Source: an uncultured Candidatus Saccharibacteria bacterium | GTDB lineage: Bacteria; Patescibacteriota; Minisyncoccia; Phycocordibacterales; UBA1006 | Direction: 5' to 3' | NCBI GenBank assembly: GCA_964592365.1 | Contig: CAZQDL010000002.1 | Location: forward strand, 30,080 to 82,917 | DNA: 52,838 nucleotides | Made by a program: the position numbers and the translations under genes | The notes under the pieces: model-generated | What the model was told of the DNA's origin: nothing | What the model saw: only the letters and a program-made list of their open reading frames with translations | Database searches by the model: none | Shown: piece after piece, positions 28,453-37,287 of the stretch | How the letters are laid out: every line of letters starts with the position of its first letter | Position numbering within the stretch: the stretch's first letter is position 1

Positions 28453-29647
28453 CATACCTATGACTGCTAAAAAAACAAACAAAAAAATATCAACAGAACA
28501 TGAAATGTTTACCTTAGATGATATGAATAATCCGATTCTCATTAGTAAAGAAGAAGAGGAACGTGATGCAAAAGCAAAAGAACTCATTGAAAAGGGAAAG
28601 AAAAGAAGATTTTTAACCTATGCTGAAATCCTTAAAGAGTTTCCAAATATTGAAGATGACATAGCTTTTCTAGATGAACTGTACACTCGTATTTCAGATG
28701 CAGAGATTGAGGTAGTTGAAGGAGGTCATTCATCAGGAGGTGGTGGTCTACTTGATCTTGATATGACTGATGAGAAGCTCCTTGAAAAGGATTTCAATAC
28801 AAAGAAAGCTCCACCAACAAAAGATTCAATTCAAATGTATTTGCGTGAAATTGGACAATATCCACTTATCAAAGCAGCAGAAGAAGTTTCACTTGCAAAA
28901 CGTATTGAAGCAGGAGATGAAGAGGCAAAGAATCTTCTTGCAAAAGCAAACCTTCGTTTGGTAGTTTCTCTTGCAAAGAAGTACGTTGGAAGAAGTCCTG
29001 ACCTTACTCTTCTTGATTTAATTCAAGAAGGGAATATTGGACTTTTCAAAGCAGTAGAGAAGTTTGATTGGAGGCGAGGTTTTAAATTTTCAACATATGC
29101 AACATGGTGGATTAGACAATCAATCACTCGTGCACTAGCTGATCAATCACGTACCATTCGAATTCCTGTACACATGGTTGAAACTATTTCAAAATACAAG
29201 CAAACCTTCAAAAAGATGTCACAAAGTTTAGGTCGTGAACCACTTCCTGAAGAAATTGCTCTTGAAATGGAACTTGATGTAGAAAAAATCCACATGATTG
29301 GGAAAATTAATCAAACAACAATGTCACTTGAGGAATCAATTGGTTCTGATGATGATGGAAAATCTACTCGAGGAGAATTCATTGCTGATGAAATGATGCC
29401 TTCACCTGATCGTGATTCATCAAAGAAAATCCTTAAAGAACAACTAGGTGAAATTCTAGATGAACTTACCGACAAGGAACGTACCATTATTGAACTTCGT
29501 TACGGACTTGAAGATGGAATTAGTCATACTCTTGAAGAAGTAGGAAGAAAGTTTGATGTTACTCGAGAACGTATTCGTCAAATTGAAGCAAAGGTACATG
29601 AAAAAATTAGAGTAAACGACAAGATTAAAAAGCTTCAGGATTATTAA
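28445..29647 (+). CDS. rpoD: Primary sigma-70 factor
   Basis: Region 1.1, DSIQMYLREIG, ANLRLVVSLAKKY, FSTYATWWIRQSITRA and TLEEVGRKFDVTRERIRQIE. Start may be 28460. Confidence 0.97.
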   Translation: MNNIPMTAKKTNKKISTEHEMFTLDDMNNPILISKEEEERDAKAKELIEKGKKRRFLTYAEILKEFPNIEDDIAFLDELYTRISDAEIEVVEGGHSSGGGGLLDLDMTDEKLLEKDFNTKKAPPTKDSIQMYLREIGQYPLIKAAEEVSLAKRIEAGDEEAKNLLAKANLRLVVSLAKKYVGRSPDLTLLDLIQEGNIGLFKAVEKFDWRRGFKFSTYATWWIRQSITRALADQSRTIRIPVHMVETISKYKQTFKKMSQSLGREPLPEEIALEMELDVEKIHMIGKINQTTMSLEESIGSDDDGKSTRGEFIADEMMPSPDRDSSKKILKEQLGEILDELTDKERTIIELRYGLEDGISHTLEEVGRKFDVTRERIRQIEAKVHEKIRVNDKIKKLQDY

Positions 29648-29670
29648 AAAGCGCATAAAGCGCTTTTTTT
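29646..29670 (+). terminator. Terminator of the rpoB-rpoC-dnaG-rpoD unit
   Basis: AAAAAGCGC-ataaa-GCGCTTTTTTT. Confidence 0.8.
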
Positions 29671-29699
29671 CTTAACGTATATGATGGTATAATCGAGAT

Positions 29700-30074
29700 A
29701 TGAAAAAATATCTGAAAGGAAAAACATGGATAGATTGGGTGAAGGTCTTACTAGCTTTGGATATTGCCATTGTCGGTATTGGATTAATCTTTCAAGAATC
29801 ACTTCAAATTTTAGCTAATTTGCTTGGACCAGTTTCTCGAATAATATTCGGTATTCTTTACTTGATACTTGCAGCTCGAATAATAAAAAATGTATTTCCT
29901 GATCTATATAATGATCTTAGAAATCCATCACCTGCTTCTGATACTGATAAAGTAATACAAGAAAAAAAGAGTGTAGGGGAAATAGTTGATATGACTACAG
30001 AAAAAGTAGATCGTTTTGTTCAAGACAGAACAAAGGAGGTAAAAGATGAAATAAAGAAGGTACTTGAAGAATAA
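29700..30074 (+). CDS. Hypothetical protein with two TM helices
   Basis: Two hydrophobic helices and a charged C-terminal helix; TGGTATAAT 6 nt before ATG. Confidence 0.75.
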   Translation: MKKYLKGKTWIDWVKVLLALDIAIVGIGLIFQESLQILANLLGPVSRIIFGILYLILAARIIKNVFPDLYNDLRNPSPASDTDKVIQEKKSVGEIVDMTTEKVDRFVQDRTKEVKDEIKKVLEE

Positions 30075-30124
30075 AAGCAATGCTTTTATTTTTTTATTAC
30101 CTGAAACAAATATCTTTTAGAGAT

Positions 30125-30304
30125 ATGCAGCAAAAAGAAATTCAATGGTTTGAGTCAAAAGAAGTATGGATTACCTTCATATCAGGAGTAATAACGGTAT
30201 TGATGAGTATTCAAAAATATTCTCACAAAGAAACTACAGATAATGACATATATGTAATTCATTCAATACTGAAAGGTTTGCTAGGTTCACTTCAATTACA
30301 ATAA
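30125..30304 (+). CDS. Hypothetical small protein
   Basis: 59-aa ORF (MQQKEIQW...) between two hairpins at about 30070-30090 and 30307-30331. Confidence 0.45.
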   Translation: MQQKEIQWFESKEVWITFISGVITVLMSIQKYSHKETTDNDIYVIHSILKGLLGSLQLQ

Positions 30305-30337
30305 CAAAAACACTACAGAATGTAGTGTTTTATTATG

Positions 30338-30410
30338 AGCCACCTGTCGGGCTCGAACCGACGACCTACGGTTTACAAAACCGTTGCTCTACCAACTGAG
30401 CTAAGGTGGC
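30338..30410 (-). tRNA. tRNA-Thr(TGT), CCA not encoded
   Basis: Minus strand reads GCCACCT-TAGCTCAGTTGGTAGAGC-A-ACGGT TT TGT AA ACCGT-AGGTC-GTCGG TTCGAGC CCGAC-AGGTGGC-T, followed by CAT rather than CCA. Confidence 0.97.
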
Positions 30411-30460
30411 AACATGTAGGTTTCCCTACATAAGTTGATATAGTACCTGAACTTTATTCC

Positions 30461-30916
30461 TTACGCAATCTCGTACCGAGTAAACTCAGAAACTTCAATT
30501 CGTTCACCAATTTTTAGAGTTTTCTCATCGATAAGTTTTGCAATAGTGATTTCTGGATTCTTTACGAATGGTTGATCAAGAAGATCTTCCACTGTTTCAG
30601 GCATCATTGCTGCAATATGCAAAGAGATATCGTTTGCAAGGTCTGTGAAGTCTTGGTTACGTGCAACGTAATCAGTTTCACAACTTAGCTTTACTAATAC
30701 TCCAACAGCATTATTAGGATGAATATATGATCGAATTACTCCAGAGTTTAGTTCACGATCTGCTTTCTTCAAAGCAGCTTTCGCTCCTTGTTCTCTTAGG
30801 ATTTCACGTGCCTTATCCATATCTCCTTGAGCATCAGTTAGAGCTTCTTTACACTTCATAAGTGAAACTCCTGTTTCTTCTCGTAGTTCTTTAATTTGTT
30901 CTGCGCTAATTTCCAT
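30461..30916 (-). CDS. tsf: Elongation factor Ts, short 151-aa form
   Basis: IKELREETGVSLMKCKEAL, LSCETDYVARN, LLDQPFVKNP and KIGERIEV motifs. Confidence 0.95.
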   Translation of the reverse strand: MEISAEQIKELREETGVSLMKCKEALTDAQGDMDKAREILREQGAKAALKKADRELNSGVIRSYIHPNNAVGVLVKLSCETDYVARNQDFTDLANDISLHIAAMMPETVEDLLDQPFVKNPEITIAKLIDEKTLKIGERIEVSEFTRYEIA

Positions 30917-30920
30917 ATGA

Positions 30921-31595
30921 CTATTTTAGAGTATCAGCTACCTTTTGAGTGATATAGGTAATTGATGACAGGTTAGTATCATTTGCAACGATAGGGTGGG
31001 TAACAACATTGATATCACAGTCAGTGTTCGCAAGAGCAATAACTGGAATATTCATTTGACGTGCTTCGTTTACTGCAATGTATTCCTTTTTAGGATCAAC
31101 TACAAAGAGTGCTGAAGGATTCTTCTTCATGTTTCGAAGACCTCCAAATTTTCGTTCTAGTCGTTCGATTTCACGTTCAATCATTAGTTTTTCCTTCTTT
31201 GTTTGGTATACCAATTCGTTGTTATCTTTCTTTACTTGTAAATCCATTAATCGATCTACTCGTTGTCGTAATTCTTTTGAGTTAGTTAATGTTCCTCCTA
31301 ACCATCGTTCAGTTACGAAAGGCATGTCGATTAGTTCTGCTTGTTCTCGTACCATTCGTTTTGCTTCTGGCTTTGTTGCAACGAAAAGAATTTGTTGTCC
31401 TTCTGCCTTAAGTTGTGCAATGAATGAAAGAGCTGAAATAAGCTGTGTTGCTGTATCTTCAAGATTAATAATATCTTTCTTTTGTCGTGATTGAAAAATG
31501 AAAGGAACTGTTGATGGATGACGTCGTGTCTTAGTGTATCCAACATGTGCTGCTGCTTCGTACAGTTCTTGTACGAGAGTATCGTTATGTGCCAT
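30921..31595 (-). CDS. rpsB: 30S ribosomal protein S2
   Basis: AAHVG, RWLGGTLTN, AVNEA, LANTDCD and IVANDT motifs; upstream of tsf. Confidence 0.97.
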   Translation of the reverse strand: MAHNDTLVQELYEAAAHVGYTKTRRHPSTVPFIFQSRQKKDIINLEDTATQLISALSFIAQLKAEGQQILFVATKPEAKRMVREQAELIDMPFVTERWLGGTLTNSKELRQRVDRLMDLQVKKDNNELVYQTKKEKLMIEREIERLERKFGGLRNMKKNPSALFVVDPKKEYIAVNEARQMNIPVIALANTDCDINVVTHPIVANDTNLSSITYITQKVADTLK

Positions 31596-31703
31596 AGTTA
31601 TGTTTCGTTAAAATATTAAAATGTAGAAACTGCTTGCACAATAGCATTATGCTATCGTTCTATCTCACGTACGTGAGGGGTACCTTACCCACAAGTTTGT
31701 ACA
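31596..31703 (-). promoter_or_regulatory. Structured rpsB 5' leader (candidate S2 autoregulatory element)
   Basis: Promoter TTGATA-N16-TAGTAT upstream; the leader has hairpins GGGTA-agg-TACCC, CTCACGTACGTGAG and ATAGCATAATGCTAT. Confidence 0.5.
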
Positions 31704-31781
31704 AAGGTGATACTATCATAAATAGGTAGGGTATCAAGTAATTTATTTGAAAATTTCTTGGTTACGCGTACTATACAGGAT

Positions 31782-33044
31782 ATGAAACAATCACGACTTT
31801 TTACTAAAACAAGAAAAGAAGCACCTTCTGATGAAGTTGCTAAAAATGCACAACTACTTATACGAGCAGGGTATATCTACAAAGAGTTTGCAGGGGTATA
31901 TACCTTGTTACCACTTGGTGTACGTGTGGTTGAAAATATAGCTAATATCGTTCGAGAAGAAATGAATGCTATTGGAGGAATTGAAACCCAATCAGCAGCT
32001 TTGCAAAAAAAAGAAGCTTGGGAAAAGAGTAATCGATGGGATGATGAGGTTCTTGATGTCTGGTTTAAGACATCATTGAAAAATGGAACAGAACTTGGAT
32101 TAGCTTCTACTCACGAAGAACCTCTTGCTTCTATGATGAAAGACTACATTTCTTCATATAAAGATTTACCACGGTATGTATATGATATCCGTTCAGTATT
32201 CAGAAATGAAACACGAGCAAAAAGTGGGTTAATACGTGGTCGAGAATTCTTCTGGAAAGCATTATATTCTTTTTCTGAAAACAAAGAACAGCATGATGCA
32301 TTTTATGAACAAACAAAAGTTGCATACCATAATGTATTTTCAAGAGTTGGACTAGGTGATACTACTTTCCTTACCTTTGCTTCAGGAGGTAGTTTTTCAC
32401 AATACTCACATGAATTTCAAACATTGTGTGATGCTGGAGAAGATACTATCTATCTTGATACAGAAACAGGAATTGCTGTTAACCATGAAGTATATCAAGA
32501 TGAAGTCCTTAACGATTTAGGTTTGAAAAAAGAGAATCTTGTAGAACATAAAGCAGTTGAAGTTGGAAACATTTTCTCTCTAGCAGAAAAATTCTCTGAA
32601 CCACTTGAGCTTTCATATACGGATAAAGAAGGGAAACAACAATTGGTATACATGGGTTCATATGGAATTGGTATTTCAAGACTATTAGGGGTAATTGCTG
32701 AAAATTTGTCTGATGAAGATGGATTAGTGATGCCAGTATCAGTAGCACCTTTTTCAGTTCACCTACTAACCTTTGGTAATAATGATGCGTTATATACAGA
32801 AGCTGAAAGTTTGTACCATGATTTAAAAAATGCAGGTATTGAGGTTCTTTTTGATGATAGGTTAACCGTAGGTCCTGGAGAAAAGTTACGTGATGCTGAT
32901 TTGATTGGAATTCCATATCGTTTAGTTGTTTCTGAAAAAGCTTCTCAACAAGGAGGAGTTGAACTAAAGGACAGGAAAACAAAGAAGGTTAGTTTTATTG
33001 ATCCTTCACTCATTATTTCACATCTATCAGAACTTCTTAACTAA
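31782..33044 (+). CDS. proS: Proline--tRNA ligase, short type without editing insertion
   Basis: MKQSRLF, LLIRAGYI, THEE, FRNETRAKSGLIRGREF, EVGNIF and MGSYGIGISR motifs. Confidence 0.95.
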   Translation: MKQSRLFTKTRKEAPSDEVAKNAQLLIRAGYIYKEFAGVYTLLPLGVRVVENIANIVREEMNAIGGIETQSAALQKKEAWEKSNRWDDEVLDVWFKTSLKNGTELGLASTHEEPLASMMKDYISSYKDLPRYVYDIRSVFRNETRAKSGLIRGREFFWKALYSFSENKEQHDAFYEQTKVAYHNVFSRVGLGDTTFLTFASGGSFSQYSHEFQTLCDAGEDTIYLDTETGIAVNHEVYQDEVLNDLGLKKENLVEHKAVEVGNIFSLAEKFSEPLELSYTDKEGKQQLVYMGSYGIGISRLLGVIAENLSDEDGLVMPVSVAPFSVHLLTFGNNDALYTEAESLYHDLKNAGIEVLFDDRLTVGPGEKLRDADLIGIPYRLVVSEKASQQGGVELKDRKTKKVSFIDPSLIISHLSELLN

Positions 33045-33051
33045 TATTATT

Positions 33052-34104
33052 ATGTCTATTTTTTCACAAATATATGATAGGTTTTCACATGATATAGGTA
33101 TTGACTTAGGTACAGCAAATACCTTAGTACATGTTCGTGGTCATGGTGTTGTTATCAACGAACCTTCTGTTGTTGCATTAAACACAAAAACAAATCGAGT
33201 GGTTGCTGTAGGAAGTGAGGCTCGAGAAATGCTAGGGAGAAATCCTCACCACATTAGAGTGGTTCGCCCATTGGTTGATGGAGTAATTTCTGATTTTGAT
33301 GTTACCCAAGAGATGCTTGCTTACTTTATCAAAAAAGCACAAAAAGTTTCCCCACGTTTTTTTCCTCCGCGAGTTGTTGTTGGGGTTCCATCAGGAATTA
33401 CTAACGTTGAACATAGAGCGGTATATGATGCAGCACATAATGCAGGAGCTCGTGAGGTATATATCATCGAAGAACCTATGGCTGCAGCTGTTGGTTTAGG
33501 ATTACCTGTTTCAGAAGCTGTTGGTTCTATGGTAATTGATATTGGAGGAGGTACTACTGATATTGCTGTAATATCTCTTTCAGGTGTTGTTCAGTCTAAG
33601 AATCTAAAGATTGCAGGGGATAAATTGAATCAGGATATTAGCCTTTACCTTCGTGATGAGTTCAAGATTCTAGTAGGTGAAAAAACTGCTGAAGAATTAA
33701 AGATAAAAATTGGAGCAGTTACTCATGATGAACATCTTGAAACTCAAGTTCGAGGAAGAGATATGGTAACAGGGCTTCCTCGTCAGATTTTGGTAAATAA
33801 CTTTGATATCAAAGAGGCAATTAGTCCTTCTATTGCTATCCTTATTGAAGGGGTAAAAGAGGTTCTTGAAAAAACACCTCCTGAAATTGTATCTGACGTT
33901 ATGCAAAAAGGAATTTATCTTGTTGGTGGAGGAGCAATGATTCGAGGTCTTGATAAATTAATTGAAGACGCTATTGAAATACCTGTATATGTATCTGCTG
34001 ATCCTCTATATTGTGTTGTAGAAGGAACGGGAATTGTTCTTGATGACATTGATTCATATTTAGAAGTTTTAATTCACCAAGATGATGAACTCCCGTTACG
34101 ATAA
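33052..34104 (+). CDS. mreB: Rod shape-determining actin homologue
   Basis: IGIDLGTANT, EPSVVA, EEPMAAA, DIGGGTTD and LVGGGA motifs. Confidence 0.97.
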   Translation: MSIFSQIYDRFSHDIGIDLGTANTLVHVRGHGVVINEPSVVALNTKTNRVVAVGSEAREMLGRNPHHIRVVRPLVDGVISDFDVTQEMLAYFIKKAQKVSPRFFPPRVVVGVPSGITNVEHRAVYDAAHNAGAREVYIIEEPMAAAVGLGLPVSEAVGSMVIDIGGGTTDIAVISLSGVVQSKNLKIAGDKLNQDISLYLRDEFKILVGEKTAEELKIKIGAVTHDEHLETQVRGRDMVTGLPRQILVNNFDIKEAISPSIAILIEGVKEVLEKTPPEIVSDVMQKGIYLVGGGAMIRGLDKLIEDAIEIPVYVSADPLYCVVEGTGIVLDDIDSYLEVLIHQDDELPLR

Positions 34105-34822
34105 CAAGCATCAGTGGCTGTGGGTATTTGTGATATTCATTGGTATTTCTTTAACTTCGTTGCCAACGAAAGTATACGATCTTTTTGAAAAACCAATACA
34201 AAGCATACAACAAAATGTTTCAGAAAATTATATTGAAACAGGTAATTTCTTTGAAAGAATGTTTCAAAGAAAAAAACTTCAAGAAGAGAATGCCTTACTT
34301 AAAAAGCAACTACGTACTCTTGAAGTTGATGCTATGAGAACAGATTATCTTCAATCAGTACTCTCATCATATGAGGTACTTCAATCACAGGAATTGATTC
34401 CAGCATTAGTGCTTTCTCAGTATCCATTTACACCATCAGATCATTTTATTATTGATAAGGTGGCTGAGGTTGGAGATCTTGTAGTCACTGATACTTCAGT
34501 TCTTTTAGGAGAGGTTGTTGATGTATTTGATGCAAGTTCACTTGTTCGATTATATACTCACCCAAAAAGTGTTATACAGTCAGTTACCTATCCTGAAGCT
34601 GAATTAATACAAATTCAAGGATCGTCAGTTACCTATCGTGCAAAAGTCTCACGAGATAGTGAAATTGTAGTTGGAAGTTATCTTTACTCACAAGAATATC
34701 CGGGTTATTTACTTGGTATTGTTCAGGGTATTAACTTTGATCCACGAGATCCTTTTAAGGATGTAGTAATCTCACGTCCATTAAGTGGAAACATTACAAG
34801 TGTAGGAATAAAGAAAAAGTAG
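34082..34822 (+). CDS. mreC: Rod shape-determining protein MreC (divergent)
   Basis: TM helix, coiled coil LQEENALLKKQL, beta-rich C-domain (LLGEVVDVFDASSLVRL); directly after mreB. Confidence 0.85.
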   Translation: MMNSRYDNKHQWLWVFVIFIGISLTSLPTKVYDLFEKPIQSIQQNVSENYIETGNFFERMFQRKKLQEENALLKKQLRTLEVDAMRTDYLQSVLSSYEVLQSQELIPALVLSQYPFTPSDHFIIDKVAEVGDLVVTDTSVLLGEVVDVFDASSLVRLYTHPKSVIQSVTYPEAELIQIQGSSVTYRAKVSRDSEIVVGSYLYSQEYPGYLLGIVQGINFDPRDPFKDVVISRPLSGNITSVGIKKK

Positions 34823-34843
34823 CATATGCTACTTTTTCTTTAT
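34808..34843. terminator. Perfect 36-bp palindrome / terminator at the mreC end
   Basis: ATAAAGAAAAAGTAGCAT|ATGCTACTTTTTCTTTAT with no loop. Confidence 0.8.
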
Positions 34844-34872
34844 CTATTAATATCTATGAGTATACTATCGAT

Positions 34873-36075
34873 ATGTCAAAATCATTTTCATTTGAAATAA
34901 CTTCAAAGTTAGAGGGAACACTTGGTCGTACAGGTATCATTCATACTAAAAACGGAGATATTGAAACTCCTTCTTTTGTAGTTGTTGGAACAAAAGCAAC
35001 GGTGAAGGGTGTTACTCCTGAAATGCTAAAAGATCTTCATGCTCAAGTAACTCTTGCAAATACATATCACCTATACTTTCAACCAGGTGATGAAATAGTA
35101 AAAAAAGCTGGGGGCTTTGGAAAGATGATGCAGTGGGATGGTCCCACAATGACTGACAGTGGGGGATTTCAAGTGTTTTCACTTGGAGAAGCATATGGAA
35201 CTGGAGTTTCAAAAGTAGCTTCTGGAAATGAAGACGTTGTTTCTGAAAGGAAGGGATATAGTAAGAATAACAAGCGTGCATTCATCGATGAAGAAGGAGT
35301 AACTTTTAAGTCAGTAATTGATGGATCAATGCATCGATTTACTCCAGAACGTTCAATGGAGATTCAATGGAATTTAGGTGCTGATATGATTTTTGCATTT
35401 GATGAATGTACAAGCCCATTAGCGCCATATGAATATCAGAAGCAAGCAATGGAAAGAACGCATCGTTGGGCACAGCGATCATTAGATCGACATGAAGAAC
35501 TTGATCCTGAAAATATTCAAGCACTTTTTGGTGTGGTGCAGGGTGGGCGTTTTCAAGATCTTCGAGAAGAATCAGCAAAGGTATTAGCAGAAATGGATTT
35601 TGATGGTTTTGGTATTGGTGGTTCTTTTAACAAGGAAGATATGGATATGACTGTTGGCTGGGTGAATAAAATTCTTCCAGAGAATAAGCCACGTCACATG
35701 CTTGGTATTGGAGAGCCTAGTGATATTTTTGGTGGTATTGAGCAGGGATGTGACCTATTTGATTGCGTATCTCCAACTCGGGTGGCACGTCATGGTCGTC
35801 TGTTTACAAAAACAGGACCTATCAATGTACAAAATGCACGATTCAAAGAAGATTTTAATCCTATTGAAGATGATTGTGCATGCTACACCTGTAGTCATTA
35901 CACAAAAGCATATATTCACCATCTCCTACGTTCAAAAGAAATGCTTGGTCAAACATTGGGTTCTATTCATAACTTATATTTCATAGTTGGACTTGTTGAT
36001 GAAACAAGAAAGCATATGAAAGAAGGAAGTTTTCATGAATTTAAGGATACATTTCTTAAAAAATATTATGGATAG
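34873..36075 (+). CDS. tgt: tRNA-guanine transglycosylase
   Basis: LANTYHL, TDSGGFQVFSL, FDEC, GVVQGG, DLFDCVSPTR and Zn site CACYTC..H. Confidence 0.97.
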   Translation: MSKSFSFEITSKLEGTLGRTGIIHTKNGDIETPSFVVVGTKATVKGVTPEMLKDLHAQVTLANTYHLYFQPGDEIVKKAGGFGKMMQWDGPTMTDSGGFQVFSLGEAYGTGVSKVASGNEDVVSERKGYSKNNKRAFIDEEGVTFKSVIDGSMHRFTPERSMEIQWNLGADMIFAFDECTSPLAPYEYQKQAMERTHRWAQRSLDRHEELDPENIQALFGVVQGGRFQDLREESAKVLAEMDFDGFGIGGSFNKEDMDMTVGWVNKILPENKPRHMLGIGEPSDIFGGIEQGCDLFDCVSPTRVARHGRLFTKTGPINVQNARFKEDFNPIEDDCACYTCSHYTKAYIHHLLRSKEMLGQTLGSIHNLYFIVGLVDETRKHMKEGSFHEFKDTFLKKYYG

Positions 36076-36706
36076 GAAAGTTATTGTTTTTGATTTTGAT
36101 GGGGTTCTTCTTGATTCTATTGAACTGATGTTTCAGCAACATGTAAGGAGATTTCCTGATTCAAGTTGAAAGGAATTTGAAATATTGTTTTCAGGTTCAT
36201 ACGATACTGAACTTGAATTGCTATTAAAGAAATATGAAGCTACTGAAACCTTAGAAGAAAGGGATAAGAGAAAAGAAGATTACACCTATCTCAAACAAAC
36301 AAAGGCTGAGCTTTATGTTGGTGTATATGATCTTCTTTATCTTCTTTCAAAAGAATATACTCTGACGATAAATACCTCAGCTTCTTATGTTAACTGTATT
36401 CCAATATTAGAACGATTAGATATTATCAACTATTTTGACTTGATACTTACTCGTGATGATGACATGGGTAAGGTTAAAAAATTTGAAATCATTGCTAATC
36501 GATACCAAATAAAAACATCAGAGCTTCTTTTTGTTACCGACAGCTTATCTGATGTTATCCAAGCTCAAGAAGCAAATGTCCCAACTATTGCTGTAAGTTA
36601 TGGAATTCATGGAAAAGAATATTTTAATTTATCACAATATTCTTGTATTCTTGATGTAGCTGATTCTGTTGATGAAATGTTGATGGTAATAAAAAATAAG
36701 CACTAG
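36068..36706 (+). pseudogene. HAD-family phosphatase interrupted by one in-frame TGA (36167-36169)
   Basis: ATG 36068 reads MDRKVIVFDFDGVLLDS (HAD motif I)...FPDSS*KEFEILFSG and continues in frame into the 36185-36706 ORF with INTS, GK and FVTDSLSDV (motifs II-IV). Confidence 0.8.
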
Positions 36707-36718
36707 GTGCTTATTTTT
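36692..36718. terminator. Bidirectional terminator between the HAD gene and rpmA
   Basis: AAAAATAAGCAC-tag-GTGCTTATTTTT; the loop is the HAD stop codon. Confidence 0.8.
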
Positions 36719-36992
36719 CATTAATAACGTTTACACGTTTTTTTACCACAGTCTTTCCATTGAAATGTGTTTTTCGCTTACTGTCGAATTTAATAATTCC
36801 ATCAGTTAGTGAAAATAGAGTGTGATCTTTTCCAACTCCAACATTTGCTCCAGCAACAATTTTTGTTCCTCGTTGTCTTACAATGATTGATCCTGTTTGT
36901 GCTTTTTGTCCGTCATAGAGTTTTGTTCCTAAATATTTAGGATTTGAATCTCTTAGGTTTTTTGCGGAACCCCCTGCTTTCCTATGTGCCAT
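36711..36992 (-). CDS. rpmA: 50S ribosomal protein L27
   Basis: [26 protein letters not shown] and [11 protein letters not shown] motifs. Confidence 0.97.
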   Translation of the reverse strand: MAHRKAGGSAKNLRDSNPKYLGTKLYDGQKAQTGSIIVRQRGTKIVAGANVGVGKDHTLFSLTDGIIKFDSKRKTHFNGKTVVKKRVNVINEK

Positions 36993-37072
36993 AGTAGTTT
37001 AATGTAACCTTAAGGTGATAAATGAATAATGAATCGCATGTACGGGTAATGAATCCTTACACACTGAGTAAC

Positions 37073-37255
37073 ATGGCGATTATAATCACAAGTAAGCAAA
37101 ATATCAAGAGGGTCCTTCTTGAATTAACCTGGACTCTCTTTATTGTTTCTTTTCTATTAATATCATTTTCCTTAGGAGCATTGTATGAAAGAAAGAGATA
37201 TCAAGAAAAACATCCAATAGAGCTTAAAAGAACTAGCTTTTTTGATGGTCTTTAA
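37073..37255 (+). CDS. Hypothetical single-TM small protein
   Basis: One hydrophobic helix (LTWTLFIVSFLLISFSLGAL); start is uncertain. Confidence 0.5.
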   Translation: MAIIITSKQNIKRVLLELTWTLFIVSFLLISFSLGALYERKRYQEKHPIELKRTSFFDGL

Positions 37256-37287
37256 AAAAAAGCCAATTAGCATATGATGTATGATAT

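Noticed and set aside
36167-36169. Selenocysteine codon in the HAD gene
   Set aside because: The position is in the cap region, not a catalytic Cys site; I saw no convincing SECIS-like hairpin downstream and no sel genes in the window.
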